A program made the translations under genes and the position numbers. Below the pieces are notes generated by a model. The model had not been told where the DNA came from, ran no database searches, and saw only the letters and a list, made by a program, of their open reading frames with translations. Below, piece after piece: positions 1-9,408 of a DNA stretch of 31,264 nt (the first letter of the stretch is position 1; the number at the start of each line of letters is the position of its first letter). The stretch is from a virus (taxonomy: Duplodnaviria; Caudoviricetes): positions 1-31,264 of IMG/VR virus record IMGVR_UViG_3300030376_002240. One strand, given 5' to 3'.

Positions 1-1251
1 AGTAGGATTATAGGTAAATGTATGATGGGGTCAACTTCCAACGCCCTAGATAAAGGTGGAGATAACTTCAAAAAACTATACAATGCATCAGATGTCACTA
101 AGCGAAATAGAAATGGTCAAACAAAGTCTGGTTTATACTCTTTGTTTATCCCAATGGAGTGGAACTACGAAGGATTTATTGACGAGTACGGAGTTCCAGT
201 ATTCACTACTCCTGACACAGATGTGTTTGCCCCAGACGGTGAACTAATAGATATAGGAGTTGTAGATAATTGGCAAAACGAAGCTGATGGTTTAAAAGAT
301 GATCAAGATGCTTTAAACGAATTCTATAGACAGTTCCCAAGAACCACTGAACATGCGTTTAGAGATGAAACTAAAAATAGCATATTTAATCTCGTTAAAA
401 TATATGAACAAATAGATTATAACGAAGAAATGTCTAGAACCTTGGGAATCACTAAAGGTAACTTCCAGTGGGTAAATGGAATTAAAGATTCACAAGTGAT
501 ATTCTATCCAGATCCAAAAGGTAGATTTAAAGTTAGCTGGGTTCCACCTTCTGGCATACAAAATAGAGTGGTTTTAAAAAATGGTGTAAAATATCCTGGT
601 AATGAACACATGGGAGCATTTGGTTGTGACTCTTATGATATATCAGGAACCGTAGATGGAGAAGGATCTAAAGGAGCATTACACGGCTTAACCAGGTTTA
701 GTATGGAGGACGCTCCTGCGAATAGCTTCTTTTTAGAATACTTATCAAGACCACCTACGGCTGAAATATTCTTTGAAGATGTTTTAATGGCATTAGTATT
801 TTATGGAATGCCAATACTCGCAGAGAATAATAAACCTAGATTGTTATACTATTTAAGAAGAAGAGGATATAGAGGTTTCTCTATGAATCGACCTGATAAA
901 ATATGGAATAAATTATCTGTAGCAGAAAAAGAAGTTGGTGGTATACCTAACTCTAGCGAAGATATAAAGCAAGCACATGCAGCAGCGATTGAAATGTATA
1001 TTCAAGATCACGTTGGCATGAAACAAGATGGAACGTTTGGAGATTTATATTTCAATGAACTACTAAATGATTGGAGTAAATTTGATATAAACAAAAGAAC
1101 GAAATTTGATGCATCTATAAGTTCTGGTTTAGCTATTATGGCTAATAATAGGCATTTATATGCACCAAATGCAAAGGTTGAAAAACCAAAACTAAATATA
1201 AATATATCCAAGTATAGTAATACTGGAACTAATTCACGAATAATAAAATAA
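1..1251 (+). CDS. terL: Terminase large subunit, C-terminal part (5' end lies outside the window)
   Basis: Frame 1 is open from base 1 (SRIIGKCMMGSTSN...), so the Met at 22 is probably internal. GSTSN resembles the ATPase coupling motif III. RNase H-like nuclease acidic motifs are FGCDSYD (D at 628-630), LAENN and KFDASISSG. The gene lies directly upstream of the portal gene. Confidence 0.9.
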   Translation, partial: SRIIGKCMMGSTSNALDKGGDNFKKLYNASDVTKRNRNGQTKSGLYSLFIPMEWNYEGFIDEYGVPVFTTPDTDVFAPDGELIDIGVVDNWQNEADGLKDDQDALNEFYRQFPRTTEHAFRDETKNSIFNLVKIYEQIDYNEEMSRTLGITKGNFQWVNGIKDSQVIFYPDPKGRFKVSWVPPSGIQNRVVLKNGVKYPGNEHMGAFGCDSYDISGTVDGEGSKGALHGLTRFSMEDAPANSFFLEYLSRPPTAEIFFEDVLMALVFYGMPILAENNKPRLLYYLRRRGYRGFSMNRPDKIWNKLSVAEKEVGGIPNSSEDIKQAHAAAIEMYIQDHVGMKQDGTFGDLYFNELLNDWSKFDINKRTKFDASISSGLAIMANNRHLYAPNAKVEKPKLNINISKYSNTGTNSRIIK

Positions 1252-1255
1252 ATAT

Positions 1256-3682
1256 ATGGCAGAGTCTGGCATAAAAAGTTATTTTCCAAGTCAAACCGTA
1301 AATGATGCTGAGAAGTTGAGCTATGAATATGGTTTAAAAGTTGGTAAAGCTATAGAGCAAGAATGGTTTAATGATGATAGGAATACGAATCGTTATAAGT
1401 CTAACCAAAATAACTTTCATAGTTTAAGGTTGTACGCTAGAGGCGAGCAATCAGTTCAAAAATATAAGGATGAGTTATCTATAAATGGTGATTTGTCCTA
1501 TCTTAATTTAGATTGGAAGCCTGTGCCAATTATTTCAAAGTTTGTAGATATAGTTGTAAACGGTATTGCAGAAAGAACATATGATATAAAAGCGTTTTCT
1601 CAATCTCCAAATGGGGTAGAGAAAAGAACTAAATATATGGAGGCTATATTGAGTGATATGGAAATGAGAGAGTTCAATCAAGAGGTTGAGTCTAGGTTTA
1701 ACGTGAATATGAAAGAAACCGATATAGCTAATGAAGATTTACCAGAATCAAATGAAGAGTTAGGCATACATATGCAGCTAAACTATAAGCAGGCTGTTGA
1801 ATTAGCAGAAGAACAAGCTTTAAGTGTTCTTTTTGAGGGCAATAAGTATGAACTAACTAAAAAAAGATTCTACCACGACTTGACGGTGTTAGGTATTGGT
1901 GCTGTAAAAACTTGTTTTAACACATCTGAAGGTGTGACTATAGATTATGTTGACCCTGCGAACTTAGTGTATTCTTACACCGATTCTCCTTATTTTGATG
2001 ACATATATTATGTTGGTGAGGTTAAATCTATCCCTGTAAATGAACTAGCAAAACAATTTCCTCATTTAACAGAAAGCGACCTTGAGGATATAATGAAAAA
2101 TAAATCTTACAATAGATCAAACTACAACTCAAGATATAGCGAAGATAAAGAAGACAATAACACTATACAGGTTTTATATTTTAATTATAAAACTTATATG
2201 AATGAAGTTTATAAGGTAAAAGAAACAGGTACTGGCGCTGATAAAATTATATCTAAAGATGACTCGTTCAACCCACCAAGTGGTATGCAAGGTGGTTTTA
2301 GTAAAATATTACGATCTATAGAGTGTCTATACGAAGGCGCTATGATATTGGGGACTGATAAATTGCTTAGGTGGGAAATGTCTAAAAACATGATGCGTCC
2401 TAAAAGTGATTTTACTAAAGTAAAAATGAATTACGCTATTGTTGCGCCTAGAATGTATAACGGTAAAATAGATTCATTAGTAAAACGTATTACTGGTTTT
2501 GCCGATATGATTCAGTTAACACACTTAAAGTTACAGCAGGTGCTGTCAAGAATGGTTCCAGATGGTGTTTATTTAGACGCTGACGGTTTAGCAGAAGTTG
2601 ATTTAGGCAATGGAACTAATTACAACCCGCAAGAAGCTTTAAACATGTTCTTTCAAACAGGTTCTGTTATAGGTAGATCATTTACTTCTGAAGGTGATAT
2701 GAATCCAGGCAAAGTTCCTATTCAAGAAATTACATCTGGTAGTGGCGGTAACAAAATGCAAGCCCTTATTGGTAATTACAATTACTACTTGCAAATGATA
2801 AGAGATGTGACCGGACTTAATGAAGCTAGAGATGGTAGTATGCCAGATAAAAATGCTTTAGTTGGTGTTCAAAAATTAGCGGCTGCAAATAGTAACACAG
2901 CAACAAGACATATATTACAAGCTGGTTTATATTTAACAGCGGAGACGGCAGAATGTTTATCACTTAGAATATCAGATATTATAGAATATTCACCAACTAG
3001 AAATGCTTTTATTCAAGCAATTGGAGCGCATAACGTGGCCACATTAGAAGAGATGACCCAGTTACATCTATATGACTTTGGTATATTTATAGAGTTACAG
3101 CCAGACGAAGAGGAAAAGGCGGTACTTGAGAATAATATACAGATGGCTTTACAGCAAAAAAGCATAGAATTAGAAGATGCTATTGATCTTAGAGAAATAC
3201 GCAACATCAAACTAGCAAATCAATTGTTAAAAATACGTAGACAAAAGAAAGAACAAAAGGACAGACAGTTGCAAATGGAAAATATCCAAGCGCAAGCACA
3301 GTCTAATGCCCAGGCAGCTCAAGCAGCCGCGCAGACCGAAGTTCAAAAAGAACAAGCCTTGGCTCAAGGCAAAGCTCAATTTGAACAAATGAAAGCACAA
3401 ATTGATGCTCAAAAAATGCAACAAGAGGCTGAGCTTAAAAAAGAATTAATGGCCTTAGAGTTTCAATACAACATGCAACTAAAGGGAGTTGAAGTTAATG
3501 GAATGAAAGATAGAGAAAAGCAAAAAGAAGATAGAAAAGACGAAAGAACAAAAATACAAGCAACACAACAATCAGAAATGATTGAACAAAGAAATAGTGG
3601 TAAACCACCTAAAAACTTTGAGTCCGCAGGTAATGATATACTAGGCGGAGGATTTAATTTAGGGGCGTTTGACCCTAGTTAG
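1256..3682 (+). CDS. Portal protein
   Basis: 808 aa, between the terminase and the scaffold/capsid genes. It has portal-like segments (PIISKFVDIVVNG, VDPANLVY, MIRDVTGLNEARDG) and a long Q/E/K/A-rich coiled-coil C-terminus resembling the barrel of P22-type and crAss-type portals. Confidence 0.88.
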   Translation: MAESGIKSYFPSQTVNDAEKLSYEYGLKVGKAIEQEWFNDDRNTNRYKSNQNNFHSLRLYARGEQSVQKYKDELSINGDLSYLNLDWKPVPIISKFVDIVVNGIAERTYDIKAFSQSPNGVEKRTKYMEAILSDMEMREFNQEVESRFNVNMKETDIANEDLPESNEELGIHMQLNYKQAVELAEEQALSVLFEGNKYELTKKRFYHDLTVLGIGAVKTCFNTSEGVTIDYVDPANLVYSYTDSPYFDDIYYVGEVKSIPVNELAKQFPHLTESDLEDIMKNKSYNRSNYNSRYSEDKEDNNTIQVLYFNYKTYMNEVYKVKETGTGADKIISKDDSFNPPSGMQGGFSKILRSIECLYEGAMILGTDKLLRWEMSKNMMRPKSDFTKVKMNYAIVAPRMYNGKIDSLVKRITGFADMIQLTHLKLQQVLSRMVPDGVYLDADGLAEVDLGNGTNYNPQEALNMFFQTGSVIGRSFTSEGDMNPGKVPIQEITSGSGGNKMQALIGNYNYYLQMIRDVTGLNEARDGSMPDKNALVGVQKLAAANSNTATRHILQAGLYLTAETAECLSLRISDIIEYSPTRNAFIQAIGAHNVATLEEMTQLHLYDFGIFIELQPDEEEKAVLENNIQMALQQKSIELEDAIDLREIRNIKLANQLLKIRRQKKEQKDRQLQMENIQAQAQSNAQAAQAAAQTEVQKEQALAQGKAQFEQMKAQIDAQKMQQEAELKKELMALEFQYNMQLKGVEVNGMKDREKQKEDRKDERTKIQATQQSEMIEQRNSGKPPKNFESAGNDILGGGFNLGAFDPS

Positions 3683-3684
3683 AA

Positions 3685-3714
3685 TTTATTAATTATTATT
3701 ATATTATATTATGG
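3685..3714 (+). promoter_or_regulatory. AT-only leader motif TTTATTAATT...TATATTATATT-ATGG (copy 1)
   Basis: The 15-nt string TATATTATATTATGG (3700-3714) recurs exactly at 6486-6500. Both copies are preceded by TTTATTAATT. Function is inferred only. Confidence 0.4.
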
Positions 3715-4919
3715 AAGAAAAAGATGAACAAGTGGTCGAAGAGACCACACAGAATAACCAACAGGACCCAGGTGATGAAAACGTGGTGAAAGTTGATGAA
3801 AGTAAGTTTGAATCTGCTGGAGATGACGGTGTCATTAAAGTAGATCTAAGTAAACCACCAAAACCAGAAGAAAAAAATGAAACTAAAGAAGATAACGCTG
3901 ACGACAGCGGAGTGGTTGCAGAGTCTAAAGATGCCGAGCCCACACAAGAACAAGAAGAAGTACAGCCGGAAGCAGAAGCACAAGAAACTCCAGTACTAGA
4001 AGAAATCACTGAAGATTCTACTGAAGAAGAAGTTGCTGAGGCGGAAGAACAGATAGAAGAAGCTGTTGCTGAGGCTGAGGCCACCGGAAAGCCGTTACCA
4101 GAGAATATCCAAAAGTTAATGGACTTTATGGAAGAAACTGGCGGTGATTTAAGTGATTACGTTAAGCTTAATCAAGATTATTCAAAATTAGACGATCAAG
4201 CTCTATTGTATGAATATTACAAACAAACGAAACCCCACTTAAACAACGAAGAAATTAACTTCCTTATGGAAGATCAATTCTCTTACGACGAAGAAGTTGA
4301 CGAAGAAAGAGATATACGAAGAAAAAAATTAGCGTTAAAAGAGCAAGTTGCCAACGCTAAAAGCCACTTGGACGGGCAAAAGTCCAGATACTATGAAGAA
4401 ATTAAAGCTGGAAGCAAACTTACGGGTGAGCAACAAAAAGCTGTAGATTTCTTTAATAGGTACAACAAAGAGTCAGAAGCAAATCAAAAGACAGTTAAAA
4501 AGAACTCTGATATTTTTACACAAAAAACTAATCAAGTTTTTAACGACAAGTTCAAAGGTTTTGAATATAACGTCGGTGATAAAAAATACAGGTTTAATGT
4601 AAACAATGCTGAAGAGGTTAAAAACACTCAGAGCGATATAAGCAATTTCACCAAAAAGTTTTTGGATAAGAACTCTGCTTTAACAGATGCTAAGGGTTAT
4701 CATAAATCTCTATATACAGCAATGAACGCAGATGCTGTTGCAAAACACTTTTATGAACAAGGAAAAGCTGACGCTATGAAAGATAGTGTTGCTAAAGCCA
4801 AAAACGTGAATATGAATCCAAGACAAGCTCATGGGAAAATTGAAGCGGGTGGTTTAAAGTTTAAAGTGCTGGGTGATGACGCTAATGATCTTAAGTTACG
4901 AATTAAAAAAAGAAAATAA
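3711..4919 (+). CDS. Putative capsid scaffolding / head assembly protein
   Basis: 402 aa, with a very acidic low-complexity N-terminal ~120 aa followed by a helical region. Its position between portal and major capsid genes is typical of scaffolds. Confidence 0.7.
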   Translation: MEEKDEQVVEETTQNNQQDPGDENVVKVDESKFESAGDDGVIKVDLSKPPKPEEKNETKEDNADDSGVVAESKDAEPTQEQEEVQPEAEAQETPVLEEITEDSTEEEVAEAEEQIEEAVAEAEATGKPLPENIQKLMDFMEETGGDLSDYVKLNQDYSKLDDQALLYEYYKQTKPHLNNEEINFLMEDQFSYDEEVDEERDIRRKKLALKEQVANAKSHLDGQKSRYYEEIKAGSKLTGEQQKAVDFFNRYNKESEANQKTVKKNSDIFTQKTNQVFNDKFKGFEYNVGDKKYRFNVNNAEEVKNTQSDISNFTKKFLDKNSALTDAKGYHKSLYTAMNADAVAKHFYEQGKADAMKDSVAKAKNVNMNPRQAHGKIEAGGLKFKVLGDDANDLKLRIKKRK

Positions 4920-4939
4920 CAATTTAAAAATTAAAAATT

Positions 4940-6418
4940 ATGGCAATTTCAAGTGGAACTTCAGGTGCTGCAGCCTCTCCGGTTAGAGCAGCTCTTGTGT
5001 CCAATTATATCGATTTTACTGGCTCTACGAATGACTGGAGACAGCAATACCTGCCTGACTTGATGGAAAAAGAAGCAGAGATCTATGGAAATAGAAGTAT
5101 CTCTGGTTTTTTAGCTCAAGTTAGTGCGGAAGAGGCTATGTCTGCTGATAGAGTAGTATGGTCTGAACAAGGAAGATTACATCTTACGTATACTGCTTCG
5201 TGTGAAAACACTGTGGGTGGTGGTGAAGGTGATACATCTGACAATATCTTTACTATTATTAAAGACATGGATGGAAATGCACCAGCTGCTGGAAATCATG
5301 GTGTTCGTTTAGGTGATACAGTTGTTATCACACAATCTAATGCTACTATAAAAGGTTATGTTAGTGTTGTTAGTACTACTACTAATAGTATTACAGTTTT
5401 ACCTTATGGCGCTGCTGATTGTGATGCTGCTGGTTTAACTGACGATACCACTGATGAAGCATTTAGAATTATGGTTTATGGTTCTGAGCGTGCGAAAGGT
5501 ACTAATGGTAGAGCTACTGCTAACAAACCATCTTTCAAATCACACTCAAACAAGCCAATTATCTTAAAAGATATGTATGAAGTATCAGGATCTGATGCTG
5601 CTCAAATTGGTTGGGTTGAAGTAAGTGGTGAAGAGGGACAAAATGGTTACTACTGGTATATGAAAGCTGAAGCTGAAACTAGAACTCGTTTCTCTGATTA
5701 CTTAGAGATGTCTATGGTTGAAGCTGAAAAAGCATTAACTGGATCTACTATTGACGATGCTACGGGTGGTCTTGGTGATGGTTCTGGTGATGCTGGACCT
5801 GGTACTGAAGGTTTATTCTCAGCTATTACTACTAGAGGTCACGTTGCTACTGGTGTTACTGGTGTTAACGCTGCTACTGATTTAGCAGAATTTGACGCTA
5901 TGTTAGCTAAGTTTGATGCTAATGGTGCAATTGAAGAAAACATGTTGTTTGTAGATAGATCTACTGCTTTAGCAATTGATGACATGCTAGCTTCAATGAA
6001 TTCTTACGGTGCTGGTGGTACTTCTTACGGAGTATTCAATAACTCAGAAGATATGGCGCTTAATTTAGGTTTCTCTGGATTCAGAAGAGGTTCTTATGAC
6101 TTCTATAAAACTGATTGGAAATATCTAAACGACAAAGGTACTAGAGGTGGTTTAAATGACACTGTTAACGCAATTAGAGGTGTTGTTGTTCCTGCTGGTG
6201 TATCTTCAGTTTATGATGAGGTTTTAGGTAAGAACATGAAACGTCCTTTCTTACATGTTCGTTATAGAGCTTCTCAAACTGAGTCTAGAAAAATGAAGAC
6301 TTGGGTTACTGGTTCTGTTGGGGCTACTACATCTGATTTAGATGCGATGGAAATGCACTATTTATCTGAAAGATGTTTAGTTGTACAAGGTGCTAATAAC
6401 TTTATGTTATTGAAGTAA
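4940..6418 (+). CDS. Major capsid protein (HK97 fold, crAss-like/Flavobacteria phage type)
   Basis: 492 aa, after the scaffold gene and before an intrinsic terminator. Codon usage is visibly biased (GCT/GGT/ACT), as in highly expressed genes. Characteristic segments are WSEQGRLH, GTEGLFSAI, LNLGFSGFRRGSYDFYK and HYLSERCLVVQGANNF. Confidence 0.88.
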   Translation: MAISSGTSGAAASPVRAALVSNYIDFTGSTNDWRQQYLPDLMEKEAEIYGNRSISGFLAQVSAEEAMSADRVVWSEQGRLHLTYTASCENTVGGGEGDTSDNIFTIIKDMDGNAPAAGNHGVRLGDTVVITQSNATIKGYVSVVSTTTNSITVLPYGAADCDAAGLTDDTTDEAFRIMVYGSERAKGTNGRATANKPSFKSHSNKPIILKDMYEVSGSDAAQIGWVEVSGEEGQNGYYWYMKAEAETRTRFSDYLEMSMVEAEKALTGSTIDDATGGLGDGSGDAGPGTEGLFSAITTRGHVATGVTGVNAATDLAEFDAMLAKFDANGAIEENMLFVDRSTALAIDDMLASMNSYGAGGTSYGVFNNSEDMALNLGFSGFRRGSYDFYKTDWKYLNDKGTRGGLNDTVNAIRGVVVPAGVSSVYDEVLGKNMKRPFLHVRYRASQTESRKMKTWVTGSVGATTSDLDAMEMHYLSERCLVVQGANNFMLLK

Positions 6419-6432
6419 GCATTTATTATATT

Positions 6433-6475
6433 AAAAGAGGGTGGAGCTTAGTCTCCACTCCCTTTTATTTTTATT
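6433..6475 (+). terminator. Rho-independent terminator after the major capsid gene
   Basis: Stem AAAAGAGGGTGGAG (6433-6446), loop CTTAGT, stem CTCCACTCCCTTTT (6453-6466), with one G-U pair and one mismatch. It runs into TTTTATTTTTATT. Confidence 0.85.
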
Positions 6476-6500
6476 AATTTTATTATATATTATATTATGG
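6469..6500 (+). promoter_or_regulatory. AT-only leader motif TTTATTAATT...TATATTATATT-ATGG (copy 2)
   Basis: Shares TATATTATATTATGG exactly with 3700-3714 and lies immediately after the capsid terminator. Confidence 0.4.
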
Positions 6501-7318
6501 CAAAAAAACAAAAAACAAAAAAAGAGGTAGAAGTACCTGTTGTTGAAACACCAGTTGTTGAAACACCAAAACCTAAAAAAGTTGAATCTAAAAAACCAAC
6601 TTGGGAAATTAAAGATAGAATGTATTATTTAAAAAACAATATGTCTCCTTTAACTTACACTATAAGATCATCAAATATTTATTATTTCGATGAAGAATTA
6701 GGGTATGAAAGAGAGTTAAAATATACATCTAATCAAAGAACACCTTTTGTAGACGAAATGCAAGGTGACCAACGATTAGAGCACATAGTGTTTGAGAATG
6801 GAGCATTATTTGTACCTAAAAACAAAACAGTTTTACAAAAACTTTTATCATTATACCACCCACACAATGGTTCGTTATTTGCAGAGCGTTTACCAGAACG
6901 AGAAGCTGCTAGTGAGGTTGAAAATATAGAAATAGAAATCGAAGCGTTAAATGCTGCTCAAAGTTTAGACATAGATATGGCTGAAGCAGTTATGCGTGTA
7001 GAATTAGGTTCTAAAGTATCTAAGATGAGTTCTAAGGAACTTAAAAGAGATTTACTATTATATGCTAAGAGAAACCCAGGGTTATTCTTAGATCTAGTAA
7101 ATGATGATAATGTTCAACTTAGAAACTTTGGTATCAAAGCAACGGAAATGGGGATAATAAAATTATCTTCTGATCAAAGAACATTTAGTTGGGGTTCTAA
7201 CGATAGAAAACTAATGAATGTTCCATTTGATGAGCACCCTTACTCAGCTTTAGCCGCCTGGTTTAAAACTGACGAAGGAATGGAGATTTACTCCAATATT
7301 GAAAAAAGATTAAATTAA
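6497..7318 (+). CDS. Conserved phage protein downstream of the capsid gene (putative virion/assembly protein)
   Basis: 273-aa ORF with a basic, Pro-rich N-terminal tail and a globular/helical body. It is syntenic with the conserved post-capsid gene of crAss-like head modules. No catalytic motif was recognised. Confidence 0.6.
   Translation: MAKKQKTKKEVEVPVVETPVVETPKPKKVESKKPTWEIKDRMYYLKNNMSPLTYTIRSSNIYYFDEELGYERELKYTSNQRTPFVDEMQGDQRLEHIVFENGALFVPKNKTVLQKLLSLYHPHNGSLFAERLPEREAASEVENIEIEIEALNAAQSLDIDMAEAVMRVELGSKVSKMSSKELKRDLLLYAKRNPGLFLDLVNDDNVQLRNFGIKATEMGIIKLSSDQRTFSWGSNDRKLMNVPFDEHPYSALAAWFKTDEGMEIYSNIEKRLN
6539..6568 (+). repeat. Exact 15-nt tandem duplication (GTTGTTGAAACACCA x2; VVETP VVETP)
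   Basis: Read directly from the sequence at 6539-6553 and 6554-6568. It is in frame. Confidence 0.9.
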
Positions 7319-7324
7319 TCTAAC

Positions 7325-7362
7325 TGTAGATGCAGTCGCTCTACGGGGCGATTGCAAATACA
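7325..7362 (+). other. Stable RNA stem-loop with C(UACG)G tetraloop and no U-tract
   Basis: TGCAGTCGCTC-TACG-GGGCGATTGCA (7331-7356) forms 11 bp including two G-U pairs. It extends with TGTA/TACA beyond a 2x2 internal loop and is followed by A-rich rather than T-rich sequence. Confidence 0.75.
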
Positions 7363-7376
7363 AACAAAAAGAAATT

Positions 7377-8066
7377 ATGGTAAGTATAGATAGAGTATAT
7401 CAAAAAGTTTTGGCACTAGCCAATAAAGAACAAAGAGGGTATATAACTCCTCAGGAGTTTAACTTATTTGCCGACCACGCTCAGACTACTATTTTTGATC
7501 AATATTTTTATGATCTAGAACAGTTTAAAAGAAGACCAGATAGTAATATAGATGATTTGTTAGATCAAAAAATACAAATATTCAAAAACACACCATTGCA
7601 ATATGCTAATGGGGATTCTCTTCCCGACGCAAAAGAAACTCACCAAATAGAAAATGTTTATTGGCAAGAAAATTCGCCAGGCACAAGAATGCGAGGAGTT
7701 CAAAGAATTGAAAAAGGCGAGTTGGCAGCTATAAAATCTAGCCCATTGTTAAGTTCTTCTGTAACGCCTAGTTATTACATTAGTAATAATAAGATTTATT
7801 TTACTAAAACAATAAGTGGAGGCGTTTTTTACGCTAATATAATAAGAAAACCGTCAAAACCAAATTGGACATATCTTATAAGTGGTGGCAATGCTTTATA
7901 CAATCATAACAATATCCACTTACAAAATTTTGAACTACATTCGTCCGAGGAGAACAATTTAGTTGTTAAAATATTACAACTAGCTGGTATTACTATCAAG
8001 GATTTCAACCTGACTCAAGCGGCGGCACAAGAAGAAGTTAAAAATATTCAACAAGAAAAACAATAA
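7377..8066 (+). CDS. Putative tail ring / head-tail adaptor protein
   Basis: 229 aa. The N-terminal helices (VYQKVLALANKEQRGYITPQEFNLFA) and C-terminal RKPSKPNW...FELH...LVVKILQLAGI pattern resemble P22 gp4-like / crAss ring proteins. Synteny agrees. Confidence 0.65.
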   Translation: MVSIDRVYQKVLALANKEQRGYITPQEFNLFADHAQTTIFDQYFYDLEQFKRRPDSNIDDLLDQKIQIFKNTPLQYANGDSLPDAKETHQIENVYWQENSPGTRMRGVQRIEKGELAAIKSSPLLSSSVTPSYYISNNKIYFTKTISGGVFYANIIRKPSKPNWTYLISGGNALYNHNNIHLQNFELHSSEENNLVVKILQLAGITIKDFNLTQAAAQEEVKNIQQEKQ

Positions 8067-8070
8067 ATAA

Positions 8071-9405
8071 ATGGGATTATTAGACGGTACTACACAGCAA
8101 CAATATTATGATAGCAATGATCATGGTAATTATCAATTCACTTCTCTTGATGATATTATAAATCAATTTATGGTTGCTTACGTTGGTGAGAATAAAATAA
8201 TACCTAATATAAGTAGGGTAGATGTAGCATTTCATGCTCAGAGAGCTCTACAAGAACTATCTTTTGATACTTTAAAATCTGTAAAAGCGCAAGAAATTGT
8301 AGTTCCAGCTACACTACAAATGACATTACCACAAGATTATGTTAACTACACTAAAATTAGCTGGGTAGATTCCGCTGGTATAAAACATTTATTATATCCT
8401 ACAAGCAAAACTTCAAATCCAACACCAGCACCATTACAGGACTCCGCGGGTGACTTTACGCTTCAGGCAATTGGAACGCTAAATACAGGAGCTGCTGATC
8501 CTAGTTTTGTGGTTTTAAATAGTGAGTACAAAGATATATTAGTTGGTATGAGGGTGTCTGGCCCTTACTTACCTTCAAATACATTTGTTGAGGCTACATC
8601 AAATAGTGGTGGTATTACAACTATAAAAATGAATTCTGTGCCTACCGATACCTTAACAAATGCAACTTTAACTTTTACAAATAACGACGGATCATTAATA
8701 GGACAGCAAAATGCTTCTTATATAATTGAAAACCTAACTTGGAATGCCCCGGGTTATCCCCTTAATAAAATAACAGCTAGCGCGGCTGCTGATATAGCAA
8801 ATATAAAAGTTGGTATGCTGGTTTCTCATGAACATTTTACACCTGGAACAACAGTAGTTAATATTGACGGAACAACTATAATCGTTTCCAGCGATGTGCT
8901 CGATACAACAGCGGTAACGGCTGGTGAAATAACGTTTGTAGATCCGGATAAAGACACTACGACTTGGGCGAATTACAAATCAACTACTCCATCGGAAAAC
9001 AACAATGATGACTATGAAGATGATACTTATTGGCCAGCTGAAGGATCAAGATTTGGATTAGACCCTCAGCATGCTCAAGTCAATGGATCTTTTTATATAG
9101 ATGATATATCAGGAAAAATACATTTTAGCTCTAATATTAGCGGAAAAACTGTGATCTTAGATTATATAAGCGATAGCCTTGGTACTGACGCTGAAATGCA
9201 AGTTCATAAATTTGCAGAAGAAGCTATGTATAAATCGATTTCACATGCTGTTATATCGACCTCTTCTTACGGGCAGCCGTTAGTACCTAGATTGACAAAA
9301 GAAAAATTTGCAGCAGTGCGAAAAGCAAAATTAAGATTATCTAATATTAAATTAGAAGAATTAACTCAAATACTTAGAGGTAAATCTAAGCAAATAAAAC
9401 ATTAG
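8071..9405 (+). CDS. Putative tail ring / tubular protein with an inserted beta-rich domain
   Basis: 444 aa. Ring-like ends (DVAFHAQRALQELSFD, LPQDYVNY; GKIHFSS, ILDYISD, VHKFAEEAMY, RKAKLRLSNIK) flank a Thr/Gly-rich insert at about 8420-8990. Confidence 0.65.
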   Translation: MGLLDGTTQQQYYDSNDHGNYQFTSLDDIINQFMVAYVGENKIIPNISRVDVAFHAQRALQELSFDTLKSVKAQEIVVPATLQMTLPQDYVNYTKISWVDSAGIKHLLYPTSKTSNPTPAPLQDSAGDFTLQAIGTLNTGAADPSFVVLNSEYKDILVGMRVSGPYLPSNTFVEATSNSGGITTIKMNSVPTDTLTNATLTFTNNDGSLIGQQNASYIIENLTWNAPGYPLNKITASAAADIANIKVGMLVSHEHFTPGTTVVNIDGTTIIVSSDVLDTTAVTAGEITFVDPDKDTTTWANYKSTTPSENNNDDYEDDTYWPAEGSRFGLDPQHAQVNGSFYIDDISGKIHFSSNISGKTVILDYISDSLGTDAEMQVHKFAEEAMYKSISHAVISTSSYGQPLVPRLTKEKFAAVRKAKLRLSNIKLEELTQILRGKSKQIKH

Positions 9406-9408
9406 TAT

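Noticed and set aside
3704-4084. 126-aa Ser-rich minus-strand ORF
   Set aside because: It is the antisense shadow of the Glu-rich N-terminus of the scaffold gene, since GAA runs read as TCT/TTC on the other strand.
6400-6530. Programmed frameshift extension of the capsid protein, or phase variation at the A-runs at the start of the next gene
   Set aside because: No slippery heptamer was seen at the capsid 3' end and a terminator follows. The A-runs simply encode Lys-rich sequence in an AT-rich genome.
7331-7372. Hairpin called as a rho-independent terminator
   Set aside because: No U-tract follows the stem on either strand. It is reported as a structured RNA element instead.
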